Source: Polyangiales bacterium (GTDB lineage Bacteria; Myxococcota_A; Polyangia; Polyangiales; Polyangiaceae). From it: a DNA stretch of 64,000 bases. Below are positions 28,349 through 37,679 of this stretch, piece by piece. Every line of letters starts with the position of its first letter. The stretch's first letter is position 1. The notes under the pieces were generated by a model, which ran no database searches, was not told the origin of the DNA, and saw only the letters and a list, made by a program, of their open reading frames with translations. The position numbers and the translations under genes were made by a program. The stretch covers positions 1-64,000 of the forward strand of contig JBBRLQ010000016.1 in the NCBI GenBank assembly GCA_038231275.1. The letters run 5' to 3'.

Positions 28349-30356
28349 GAGTATACGATTTGGGTGACTGAACAAGCCGATCCGGCTCCCCGCTAACGCC
28401 GCCGGGCAACGCGCGCGTCGCGCGACCGCCAAAGAACTCGTGCATGGGAACCGGCTCGCCCGTCGGGCCGAACAACATCACGAGCGCGCGGTGCTCGGGC
28501 GCGAGGCGATCAGGGCCGAGGGCATCTCGCTCCATGAAGCGAGCGATCATGCGTGCTCCTTCGGGAGCCCGCCAAAACTGTCGTGCAGGATGCAGGTAGT
28601 CCATGAGCGGAAGATCTCGGAGGTCGGGGACGGTGTGCACGAAGACCGGAACTCCGATGAAGAGCACCTCGATGAGCGCAGTGGATTGGCTCGTCACAAT
28701 CAGGTCGGCCCAATCCGCATCCTCCGCGAGAGGAGATCCCCGGGATACAGTGACGGCGTCAAGCCCGATGAGCGCGCGCGTTCGCTCGAGCACGTGCGGC
28801 AGGTCAGCGGGATGCGGTCGCCAACGAAACTGGAGCTCCTCACCAACGAGCGCCCTTAGCCTGGGGACGATGTCGAGGAGCTCCTCTTGGAGGGGTTCGT
28901 TCGGGAAACACCCGCGAACTTCCTGGTCGCGGTGCGCGTAGTTGGACATGACGAGAATTCGTCGAATGGGGCCCGTGCGTCCGCCCCTACGGAGGCGAAG
29001 CGGCATTCCCGTCTGAACGACCGTGCGTCCGCTGAATCGCGCCGAGCGCGCATCCGCAGTGACCCAAGCGCACGTCAGGGTCGACTGGCCCCAGAGGCCG
29101 GCGCAGATCAGATCGCTGATGGCACCGTGCGGGTGGTCCACGGTGATCGCGCCGTGCCGCTGTAGCTCGAGATCGGCGGCGGCGCATCCGACCGCGGCGG
29201 CTGCGCCAAATACGACGTGAACGCCTTCGAATCGCATTCTCCGGGTCAGGTCGGCGGCGGCCCGCTGGGCGAGCGTCGCGCGCATGACCTCGCTCGTCGC
29301 AACCGTGACGACCGACCAGGCGTGCGCGGACAAGTCTACGTCGAGGCCAGCTAGTCGAGCGACGGGCGTCTTCGAGAGGCGCGCGAGCGCAGTCGAGGCG
29401 CCTGTCACGCCCTTCGCGAGGGCGCGGAGGAAGGCAACGGGACGCTCGGGCACGACCGCTTGCTCGACTACGCATCCCTCGAGCAGCGGACGCAGCGCCC
29501 CGAGCCCCGGCCACAGCTCGCCCCCCTTCCTGATCCCGAGGTCGGTCTCGGAGACCTGACCCGGTGTAAGTGAGCCGGCCAGGAGGACGCCAAGCGGTGC
29601 GTCTCGCTCGGCCGCGTCGACCGCAAACGCGTCGAGAAGCTGATGGTTGATCCGATACCAGTCGGGGATCGCGCCGAACCACGCCTTGGGCGGCGTCGAT
29701 GGACGCTGCCGCCGCAGCTCGTCGAGGCGCGCGAACGAGGGCCGCGCGGCGACGTACGCGCGAAGCTCCCGGGCGACCGTACCCACCACTCCCACGACAC
29801 CCAGGGAGAGGAGGCGCGCGCGCCAGGCCCACCGACTTCCCGTGCGCGCCTTGGCGCCGCGAAGCTGCGTGAAGAGGTCGGCAAGGCGCCCCCTAGGATC
29901 CATGAACGTGATCTCCGCCTCGGGAAACGCTTCAACGAGCCCCTTGGCGTACGGAAAGGCCTCGTAGACCGGCAGGAAGAACCGGCTGCACACGGTGCAA
30001 TAGAGCGCCCGAGCCTCGACCGCACCGGAGAAGTTCTCCTCCAGCCACCGAACGATGTCGTCCTGGAGGCCGCGCGTCGAAAAGGCGCGGTCCTCGCGAT
30101 GAAGGCCACCCCACTCCGTGACCGTGAGCTCGTCGCATTCGCGAGCCCAGGCGGGCCAGGTCCGCTCGAGAGAGACTCCGTGGGCAATGATGCGCACGCG
30201 ACGGTGCCTTGCGACGAGCTCGCGCGCTCGCGCGAAGACTTCGGGGAGAGGATGGCCGGGCTCCGCGACGAAGACGTGCGTGGACGCGGCCTCATCGGGG
30301 GCTCGCCCGCTCGGCCGGGCCGAGAAGCGCTCCATCTTCGGCCAGGGCTCGCTCAC
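28308..30356 (-). CDS. Hypothetical GT-B-like protein, candidate nonulosonate transferase
   Basis: HPHG..W, RILVMS, RWRPHP, DLIVTSQSTALIE..GVPV; directly downstream of wzx. Confidence 0.6.
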   Translation of the reverse strand: MSEPWPKMERFSARPSGRAPDEAASTHVFVAEPGHPLPEVFARARELVARHRRVRIIAHGVSLERTWPAWARECDELTVTEWGGLHREDRAFSTRGLQDDIVRWLEENFSGAVEARALYCTVCSRFFLPVYEAFPYAKGLVEAFPEAEITFMDPRGRLADLFTQLRGAKARTGSRWAWRARLLSLGVVGVVGTVARELRAYVAARPSFARLDELRRQRPSTPPKAWFGAIPDWYRINHQLLDAFAVDAAERDAPLGVLLAGSLTPGQVSETDLGIRKGGELWPGLGALRPLLEGCVVEQAVVPERPVAFLRALAKGVTGASTALARLSKTPVARLAGLDVDLSAHAWSVVTVATSEVMRATLAQRAAADLTRRMRFEGVHVVFGAAAAVGCAAADLELQRHGAITVDHPHGAISDLICAGLWGQSTLTCAWVTADARSARFSGRTVVQTGMPLRLRRGGRTGPIRRILVMSNYAHRDQEVRGCFPNEPLQEELLDIVPRLRALVGEELQFRWRPHPADLPHVLERTRALIGLDAVTVSRGSPLAEDADWADLIVTSQSTALIEVLFIGVPVFVHTVPDLRDLPLMDYLHPARQFWRAPEGARMIARFMERDALGPDRLAPEHRALVMLFGPTGEPVPMHEFFGGRATRALPGGVSGEPDRLVQSPKSYTHDGDEVPGSDERV

Positions 30357-30357
30357 C

Positions 30358-31824
30358 TCACGCCCCCATGCGGCGGCGGAGCGTCGCGGTGAGGCGTGAG
30401 AGCTCCTCCTTGTGGACGAACCCGGTGAGGCCGAGCGCTAGCGGGAAGATAGCGCAACAGGCCGCCGTCTTCGCGAGAAGGCCAACGAGTGGCGACTCGA
30501 ACTGGACCTTGTGGACGAGCGCAAACGTGGCCGCGCCGGCGACCGCGAGCCCGACCCATCGGCGGTACTCCCACGGAATGGGATGGTTTCGTTGTGCGAG
30601 CAACCCATGAAGGAGCGCCGCCACGCCGTACCCGACCGCCGTCGTCCACGCCGCGGCGATGGCGCCGTACCGCGGAACGAGCCACAAGTTGAGTCCGATG
30701 TTGACCAGGGCGCTGATGAGCGTGACGCCAGGTACTAGGCCAGTCCGCCGCGAGTACCAGGTGCCGGTGGTCCACACCAGGTACACGCCCTGGAGCACCG
30801 CGCCGAGGACGACCCAGGGTACGACGTCGGTCGCGCCCTCGTACGCGCGGGGCGCGATGATACGAACGACCTCGCGCGCGCTCACCGAGACGGGCAGGGC
30901 GAACGCCACGATGCCAAGCAGGGCATACGTGCCCAGCGGCGGAAGGTTCTTCGCCTGCTCGGGATCCTTGAGCTGACGGTTGGCCGCCGGATTGATGGGG
31001 TTCGTCGCCGCCGCAGCGACCACACTCACGATGAGCCCGAACATGTAGCCTAGAGAGTAACGCCCGACGTCGCCCTGCGTCACGTAGCGCTCCAAAATGA
31101 GCCTATCGGAGACGGAGAGCGCCCAATTCGCGAGCAAGTGTGGAACCAGCGGCAACGAGAAGGCCAGCGTGTGCCAGAGAACGCGAAGGGAGACGACGGG
31201 CGCCGCCATCCCCGCGATCAGCAAGACCGACACGGCCGCCATCACGAGGTTAGCGGCGAGCCCGGCGCGCAAGATACCGAGCGCGCCCTGCCCCAGGACG
31301 ACCACGAAGAGAATGTTGAGCAAGAGCTGGACGAGACCCGAGCCGATGTTGAAGGCGCTCACCTTCCGCGGTTCCTCGCGCGCCATGTAGACGCTGACCG
31401 GCAGGTTGCAGAGGTTACCTGCGACCGCGCTCCAGAGGACGAGCTTGAGGTGCGGCTCGAATCGCACGACCTCGAAGACGTCGAGCTTTCCCATCGCGCC
31501 TAAGAGGTGCAGCACAAGGCCGAACACCGTTGGCACGACCGTCGAGAAAATGAGCAGCGTGCCAAAGAACACGCGCCGCTCCTGCTCGTCCTTGCACTCG
31601 GCGAAGAGACGCGTAACCGCGCTGTGGACGGCGAGACCGATCCCGAGGCCGAGGGCGCTCGCCAGGGTGTTCGCGATCGCGACGATCGCGAAGTCCTCAG
31701 GCGAGAGGACCCGCGTGTAGAGCGGCGTGAGCAGGAAGGTGATGCCGCGGACGAAAAGGTTCGAGAGGAGGTACTCGAGGGCGTGCCTGGCAAACTGACG
31801 TGACTCTGCGCGTGCTGTGCTCAC
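30358..31824 (-). CDS. wzx: Polysaccharide flippase (Wzx)
   Basis: LLTPLYTRVLSPEDF, FSLPLVPH, SDRLIL, NIGLNLWLVPRYGAIAAAW; 12-14 TM. Confidence 0.9.
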   Translation of the reverse strand: MSTARAESRQFARHALEYLLSNLFVRGITFLLTPLYTRVLSPEDFAIVAIANTLASALGLGIGLAVHSAVTRLFAECKDEQERRVFFGTLLIFSTVVPTVFGLVLHLLGAMGKLDVFEVVRFEPHLKLVLWSAVAGNLCNLPVSVYMAREEPRKVSAFNIGSGLVQLLLNILFVVVLGQGALGILRAGLAANLVMAAVSVLLIAGMAAPVVSLRVLWHTLAFSLPLVPHLLANWALSVSDRLILERYVTQGDVGRYSLGYMFGLIVSVVAAAATNPINPAANRQLKDPEQAKNLPPLGTYALLGIVAFALPVSVSAREVVRIIAPRAYEGATDVVPWVVLGAVLQGVYLVWTTGTWYSRRTGLVPGVTLISALVNIGLNLWLVPRYGAIAAAWTTAVGYGVAALLHGLLAQRNHPIPWEYRRWVGLAVAGAATFALVHKVQFESPLVGLLAKTAACCAIFPLALGLTGFVHKEELSRLTATLRRRMGA

Positions 31825-32001
31825 GTAACGGCACCCATCGTTCCTACGTCCGGAAATAGTCGACTTCGTTCGCGTTGGCCACGCCTCGATCCGAAACGAA
31901 CCGTTGCACAATCCGTCAAGGCGCCTGCCTGAATGTTTTGGCGAGAAGCAGCATCCAAACGCCGTTAACCAGCTGGAAATTTTCGTGCTATCCCTCCGCC
32001 C

Positions 32002-33036
32002 GTGACCCAGGCCATTCTCTCAAGCGCGCGCTCTCTTCTCGTGACGGGGGGGACCGGATCGTTCGGCAAAGCGCTGCTCCGGACGGTCCTCGAGAAGTTC
32101 CCGCACGTCTCTCGCGTGATCGTGTTCTCTCGCGACGAGCTGAAGCAGTTCGAAATGGCGCAGGATGCCCCGTTCCAAGGGCCCCGCATTCGCTTCTTCC
32201 TCGGGGACGTGCGCGACAAGGATCGCCTCTCGCGGGCGATGGAGGGCGTCGATACTGTGATCCACGCCGCAGCACTGAAGCAAGTGCCGGCCGCCGAGTA
32301 CAACCCGTTCGAGGCGATCAAGACGAACGTCCTCGGCGCGCAGAACGTCATCGATTGCTGCCTCGATCAGGGCGTACGGCGCGTCGTCGCGCTTTCTACC
32401 GACAAGGCCGCCGCCCCTATCAACCTCTACGGCGCGACGAAGCTTTGTTCGGACAAGCTCTTCGTCGCCGCGAACAACTTCAAGGGCACGCGAGACATTC
32501 GCTTCGGGGTCGTCCGCTACGGCAACGTGATGGGGAGCCGCGGCAGCGTGATCCCGTTCTTCATGAAGATGGCGAAGAATGGCGTCTTGCCGATCACCGA
32601 TCCCGAGATGACGCGATTCAACATCACGCTGCAGGAAGGCGTCGACATGGTCCTTCGGGCCGTCGACCGAATGTGGGGCGGCGAGCTCTTCGTACCGAAG
32701 ATCCCCAGCTACCGAATCACTGACGTCGCCGAGGCCATCGCGCCCGGCGCCCGCCACGAGAACGTCGGAATCCGACCCGGCGAGAAGCTCCACGAGGAGA
32801 TGATCACGCCGAGCGATTCCTACTCGACCGTCGAGTTCGAGCGCGACTTCGTCATCCTCCCGTCCACCCCAACCTGGAACATCGGCGAGTTCATCGAGAA
32901 GAACGCCGGCAAGAAGTGCGCGCCCGGGTTTCACTACCACAGCGGAAAGAACGCCGATTGGCTCTCCGTCGATCGAATCCGCGCGCTCATCAAGGAGCAC
33001 GTCGACCCCACCTTCCGACCGTGGAGCGCCGCGTGA
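32002..33036 (+). CDS. pseB: UDP-N-acetylglucosamine 4,6-dehydratase (inverting)
   Basis: TGGTGSFG, SRDELKQ, HAAALKQVPAAEYNP, LSTDKA..PINLYGATKL, RYGNVMGSRGSV, GIRPGEKLHE. Confidence 0.95.
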   Translation: MTQAILSSARSLLVTGGTGSFGKALLRTVLEKFPHVSRVIVFSRDELKQFEMAQDAPFQGPRIRFFLGDVRDKDRLSRAMEGVDTVIHAAALKQVPAAEYNPFEAIKTNVLGAQNVIDCCLDQGVRRVVALSTDKAAAPINLYGATKLCSDKLFVAANNFKGTRDIRFGVVRYGNVMGSRGSVIPFFMKMAKNGVLPITDPEMTRFNITLQEGVDMVLRAVDRMWGGELFVPKIPSYRITDVAEAIAPGARHENVGIRPGEKLHEEMITPSDSYSTVEFERDFVILPSTPTWNIGEFIEKNAGKKCAPGFHYHSGKNADWLSVDRIRALIKEHVDPTFRPWSAA

Positions 33037-34268
33037 CGACGCGAAAGTCGATCTCGTACGGGCGCCAGGACATCACGGACGCCGACATTCGCGCGGTGGT
33101 CGACTGTCTCAAGGGGGATTTCCTGACGCAGGGCCCGCGCGTTGCCGCGTTCGAAGCGGCGCTGACGGAAGCGACGGGCGCGAAGTACGCGGTCGCGGTC
33201 GCGAACGGCACCGCGGCGCTGCACATCGCATACGCGGCACTCGGCGTGGGGCCCGACGACACCGGGCTGACCTCGCCGATCTCGTTCGTTGCCACCGCCA
33301 ACGGCCTCCTCTACAACGGCGCGCGCGTCGAGTTCGCCGACGTCGATCCTGCCACCGGGAACATTCGTGTCGACGAGGTCGAGCGCGCCGCCGATCGACT
33401 GGCGGCTGCCGGGCGCTCCCCAAAGGTCATCACGCCCGTCGATCTCGCGGGCCAGCCTACCGATCGCGCCGGGATCCTCGCGGTTGCCAAGAAGCACGGC
33501 GCGAAGATTCTCGAGGACTCGGCGCACTCCCTGGGCGCGACGTACGACGTCGACGGCAAGACGTTCAAAGTCGGCAGCTGCGCGCATGCCGACGCCGCGA
33601 TCCTGAGCTTCCACCCGGTCAAGCACGTCACGACCGGCGAGGGCGGCGCCATCCTCACAAACGACGCGGAGGTGTACCGCGCGCTGTGCGACCTGCGTAC
33701 GCACGGGATCCACAAGGATCCGAAGCGCCTGGCACGGCCTGCAGACGACGCGTGGGCTGGGCCCTGGTACTACGAGCAGAGCGCGCTCGGGTTCAACTAC
33801 CGGATCACCGACATGCAGTGCGCGCTCGGCGCATCGCAAATGACTCGCCTCTCCGCGTACGTCGCTCGTCGTCAAGAGATCGCGGCGCATTACGACGCTG
33901 CGCTCGCGTCGGGCCCGCTCGCCGATTTCCTCCAACGCGCCGAGCTGCGCGCCGGACGCACGCACGCCTATCACCTCTACGTCGTGCAGGTTCGCCCGCG
34001 ACGAGACGAAGACGTCATGTCGATCGCGCGCCGTCGCAAGGAGCTGTACTTGCGTCTCGCGGGCGGCGGCATTCATTGCCAGGTTCACTACATCCCGATC
34101 CCGTGGCAGCCCTTCTACAAGGACAACCCGCGCGTGGGCCAAGGCACCTTCCCCGGCGCCGAGCGTTACTACGCGGCGAGCCTGAGCATTCCGATGTTCC
34201 CCGCCATGACCGACACCGACGTGGACGACGTGATCCGTGCGCTCGAGGCCGCTTGCACCGGGCGGTGA
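33033..34268 (+). CDS. pseC: UDP-4-amino-4,6-dideoxy-N-acetyl-beta-L-altrosamine transaminase
   Basis: ISYGRQ..LTQGP, SFHPVKHVTTGEGG, LGFNYRITDMQCALG, QVHYIP. Confidence 0.93.
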   Translation: MTTRKSISYGRQDITDADIRAVVDCLKGDFLTQGPRVAAFEAALTEATGAKYAVAVANGTAALHIAYAALGVGPDDTGLTSPISFVATANGLLYNGARVEFADVDPATGNIRVDEVERAADRLAAAGRSPKVITPVDLAGQPTDRAGILAVAKKHGAKILEDSAHSLGATYDVDGKTFKVGSCAHADAAILSFHPVKHVTTGEGGAILTNDAEVYRALCDLRTHGIHKDPKRLARPADDAWAGPWYYEQSALGFNYRITDMQCALGASQMTRLSAYVARRQEIAAHYDAALASGPLADFLQRAELRAGRTHAYHLYVVQVRPRRDEDVMSIARRRKELYLRLAGGGIHCQVHYIPIPWQPFYKDNPRVGQGTFPGAERYYAASLSIPMFPAMTDTDVDDVIRALEAACTGR

Positions 34269-34293
34269 GGCGCGCGGTGGCGCGCGAAAGCAA

Positions 34294-35370
34294 ATGTTCA
34301 TCTTCCGCGCCGACGCCAGCTCCGAGATAGGCTTCGGTCATGTCATGCGATGCCTCGCGCTCGCGGACGCCGCGCGCAGCGCCGGCCACGAAACGTTGCT
34401 CATGACACGCGCGACTACCCCGCACGTCGAGGCGATGGCCGCGCGACGCAGCATTCCGGTGCGCGCGTTCGGAGGAGCGCCGGGGTCGCCCGAAGACGCG
34501 GCCTGCTTGGGGGACCTGGCGGTGCGAGGGAGCCGTGTGGTCGTGGATGGCTACGTGTTCGACGAGGCCTACCTCGCGTCGGTCCGACGCCCGGGCTCCT
34601 ATGTCACGTACGTGGACGATCTCGGCGGAGCGCGCTTCTCCTGCGACGCCGTCCTCAACCACAACCTCTATGCGGAGTCGTGCACGTACGAAGGGGCGCC
34701 GCGCACGCAATTCCTTTTGGGCCCGCGCTACGCCATCGTCCGCGATTCGTTCCTCGACGCGCGCGCGCGGAGGAGCCGCGTCGCGCCCGAGATCGCGACG
34801 CGTCTGCTCGTTACAACGGGAGGCGGGGACCCCACCGGCGAGACCGCGAAGGTGCTCGCCGCGCTTCACTTGATCGACGCGCCCTCGCTCGACGTTCGCG
34901 TCGTCGTCGGCCCCGCAAACCCCCGCGGCGACGAGATCCGCGCGTCCGCCGCGCGCGACTCCCGCCATCGCATCACGGTGCTGTCGGAGGTCGACGATCT
35001 CGCTGGCGAGATGCGGGACTGCGACCTCGCCATCGCCGCAGCGGGAACTACGGTGACGGAGCTCGCGTGCGTGGGGGTTCCCGCGCTCGTCGTCACCGTC
35101 GCGGACAACCAGCGCGCCGTCGCGCCGGAGGCGGCGAGGAGAGGGCTCGCGCGCTCCCTAGGCTGGCACGCCGATGTAACGCCTGACGCGATCGCGAGGG
35201 CGCTGGCGGCGCTGGCCCGCGACGCCGGCGAGCGCGCGCGCATGACCGAGGCGGGGCTTCGCTCCGTCGATGGCAAGGGGAAGGACCGGGCCATTGCGGC
35301 CCTCGCGGCCCTGGACGAGGCGGACGGCAAAGACCATACTCTGCCGCGCGGCAAAGAGGAGGTATCGTGA
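34294..35370 (+). CDS. pseG: UDP-2,4-diacetamido-2,4,6-trideoxy-altropyranose hydrolase
   Basis: FRADASSEIGFGHVMRCLALA, VVVDGY, GGGDP, AAGTT..E, VADNQ. Confidence 0.9.
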   Translation: MFIFRADASSEIGFGHVMRCLALADAARSAGHETLLMTRATTPHVEAMAARRSIPVRAFGGAPGSPEDAACLGDLAVRGSRVVVDGYVFDEAYLASVRRPGSYVTYVDDLGGARFSCDAVLNHNLYAESCTYEGAPRTQFLLGPRYAIVRDSFLDARARRSRVAPEIATRLLVTTGGGDPTGETAKVLAALHLIDAPSLDVRVVVGPANPRGDEIRASAARDSRHRITVLSEVDDLAGEMRDCDLAIAAAGTTVTELACVGVPALVVTVADNQRAVAPEAARRGLARSLGWHADVTPDAIARALAALARDAGERARMTEAGLRSVDGKGKDRAIAALAALDEADGKDHTLPRGKEEVS

Positions 35371-36446
35371 GTCAAGTCATCGAGTTGCGCAGCGGGCGCA
35401 CCATCGGCGCGGGGCAGCCCGTCTACATCATCGCCGAGGCGGGGTCGAACTGGCGCATGGGCGCGCCAAAACGCGATCTCGCAATGGCTCATGCCCTCAT
35501 CGACGTGGCGAAGGACACTGGCTGCGACGCCGTGAAATTCCAGACGTACAAGTCTCATACGGTCTACGCCGCCGGCGCCGGCGAGAGCGACTACCTCGCG
35601 GAGAGCGGCATCAAGGAGTCCATCAACGAGATCTTCGACGATCTTTCGATGCCCTACGAGATGATCGAGAAGCTCGCCACCTACGCAAAGAAGCGCGGCA
35701 TCGATTTCATGTCGACGCCCTTCTCGAAGGAAGACGCGGACGCGGTCGATCCCTTCGTCGAGCTCCACAAGATCGCCAGCTACGAGATCTCTCACACCGA
35801 GCTTCAGGCCCACCTGGCCGGCAAGGGGAAACCGATCGTCTTCTCGACGGGTGCGAGCACCTACGAGGACATCGACTTCGCCATGGAGCATTTGAGGAAG
35901 AGCGGCGCGAAGCAGCTCGGAATGTTCCAGTGCACAGCCAAGTATCCCGCGCCGCTCGCGGAGATCAACGTCGCTGAGATCACCGCGCTCCAGGCGCGGT
36001 ACGGGATCCCGGTCGGCCTCTCTGATCATTCGCGCGAGGCCACCATCGCGCCGGCGGCCGCAGTCGCGCTCGGGGCGAGCCTGATCGAAAAGCACTACAC
36101 GCTGAACAACAAGTTGCCTGGCGCAGACCACCCGTTCGCGCTCGAGCCCGCGGAGCTCGCAGCGATGGTCCAGGCAATCCGCGCCACGGAGCGGGCGCGG
36201 GGCCGCGTGGGCAAGCACGTGTCCGAGGCGGAGCGGGAGCTGTTCGCGTTCGCGCGACGCGGTCTGCAAGCGACGAGTCCGATCGCGAAGGGGGACGCGT
36301 TCAAGCTCGGCGACAACATCGCCATCCTCCGGCCGGGGAAGCACCCGCTCGGTGCCCATCCGCGATTCCTCGACGCGATCCAAGGTCGCCGCGCTCGCCG
36401 CGCGATCGGCCTGGGTGCGGGAGTGCTCGTCGAAGACGTGGAGTAG
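35367..36446 (+). CDS. pseI: Nonulosonic acid synthase (NeuB/PseI/SpsE family) with SAF domain
   Basis: IIAEAGSN, AVKFQ, STPF, KIAS, STG, GLSDH, IEKH. Family is secure; the PseI assignment is from context. Confidence 0.8.
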   Translation: MSQVIELRSGRTIGAGQPVYIIAEAGSNWRMGAPKRDLAMAHALIDVAKDTGCDAVKFQTYKSHTVYAAGAGESDYLAESGIKESINEIFDDLSMPYEMIEKLATYAKKRGIDFMSTPFSKEDADAVDPFVELHKIASYEISHTELQAHLAGKGKPIVFSTGASTYEDIDFAMEHLRKSGAKQLGMFQCTAKYPAPLAEINVAEITALQARYGIPVGLSDHSREATIAPAAAVALGASLIEKHYTLNNKLPGADHPFALEPAELAAMVQAIRATERARGRVGKHVSEAERELFAFARRGLQATSPIAKGDAFKLGDNIAILRPGKHPLGAHPRFLDAIQGRRARRAIGLGAGVLVEDVE

Positions 36447-36450
36447 CTCC

Positions 36451-36912
36451 GTGTCCGTGTCCTTTCGTGTAGCAACCGCAGACGACGCACGCTTCGTGTG
36501 GCGGGTGAACAACCAGCCCGACGTTCGCGCGCAGTCGATCTCGACCGAGTCGATCCCTTGGGATTCTCACGTCGCCTGGTACGCGCGGAAGCTCGCCGAT
36601 CCTTCGTGCATCTTCTTCATCGCAGTCTCGGAGGGCGAGCCCATTGGCGTCATTCGCTTCGAGACCGCGGGTGCGACCGCGATCATCAGCATCGCCCTCG
36701 ACGCGCAGCAGCGCGGCAAGGGCTTTGGAACGGAGCTCCTCTCCCTCGCGACGGCAGAGTTCCTCCGGACCGCGTCGGCGAGCGTCGTCGTCGCCTCGGT
36801 CCGCCCCGAAAACGTCGCGAGCAGCCGTGCATTCCGCGCGGCGGGCTACGTTCCTCTAGGTCCGCACGAGGACAAGGGGGTCCTCGTGGAAAGATTCGAG
36901 AAGAGACGATGA
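36451..36912 (+). CDS. pseH: GNAT N-acetyltransferase (PseH-like)
   Basis: WRVNNQPDVR..IPWDSHVAWY, GVIRF, RGKGFG, ENVASSRAF. Confidence 0.8.
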   Translation: MSVSFRVATADDARFVWRVNNQPDVRAQSISTESIPWDSHVAWYARKLADPSCIFFIAVSEGEPIGVIRFETAGATAIISIALDAQQRGKGFGTELLSLATAEFLRTASASVVVASVRPENVASSRAFRAAGYVPLGPHEDKGVLVERFEKRR

Positions 36913-37667
36913 AAGTGTCCAACGAAGCCACGCGCGAAACGTACGAGTCACCCGAAATCGTCGACTTCTACGATCGCGCGCGAGACCTCATCCCCGAAGA
37001 GGAAGAGCTCTTCGGGACCTATGTAACGCCCGGGCTTCGCATCCTGGACATCGGCGTCGGCGCGGGTCGAACGACGCGCCACCTCGCCGACAAGGCCAAG
37101 GAGTACGTAGGCGTCGACTATTCGGAGACGATGGTGGCGCGATGCCGTGAACGCTTTCCCGAGCTCACGTTCCATTGCCTCGACGCCGCGGACATGCACG
37201 TCTTCGAGGACGAGTCCTTCGACCTCGTGGTCTTCTCCTTCAACGGGCTCGGCACGCTCCCCAATGACGACTCTCGAGGTCGCTGCCTGAAGGAATGTGC
37301 GCGCGTTCTGAAACCGAACGGCGTCTTCCTCTTCTCACTGCACAATCCGACGTACCTCCTCTACCCGCCGACCCTTTCCGACGTCGGGCCGGTCAAAGCC
37401 GTTTGGCGGCTCACCTATGCCGCCATCCAGTCGGCTAGGAACATGCGGCATCGCATCGCGTCGCCAGCGTTTTGGCGGGGCCACGGCTACGTCGTCGATC
37501 CGAATCAGCACGGCTCGCTCAGTATCTACATCTGCGCGCCGGAGCAGGTCGCACGCGAAGTCGAACGTGCGGGGCTCCGCCTGGAGACCAAACTCCATGT
37601 CGACGACGCCGGGTTGCGACGCTACTTCACGGCCTACTACTACTACGCGGGTCGCAAACAGCGCTGA
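36909..37667 (+). CDS. Class I SAM methyltransferase
   Basis: ILDIGVGAGRTT, GVDYS, FSFNG, RVLKPNG; ATGA overlap with the upstream gene. Confidence 0.9.
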   Translation: MKVSNEATRETYESPEIVDFYDRARDLIPEEEELFGTYVTPGLRILDIGVGAGRTTRHLADKAKEYVGVDYSETMVARCRERFPELTFHCLDAADMHVFEDESFDLVVFSFNGLGTLPNDDSRGRCLKECARVLKPNGVFLFSLHNPTYLLYPPTLSDVGPVKAVWRLTYAAIQSARNMRHRIASPAFWRGHGYVVDPNQHGSLSIYICAPEQVAREVERAGLRLETKLHVDDAGLRRYFTAYYYYAGRKQR

Positions 37668-37679
37668 GGGACATCCCCC

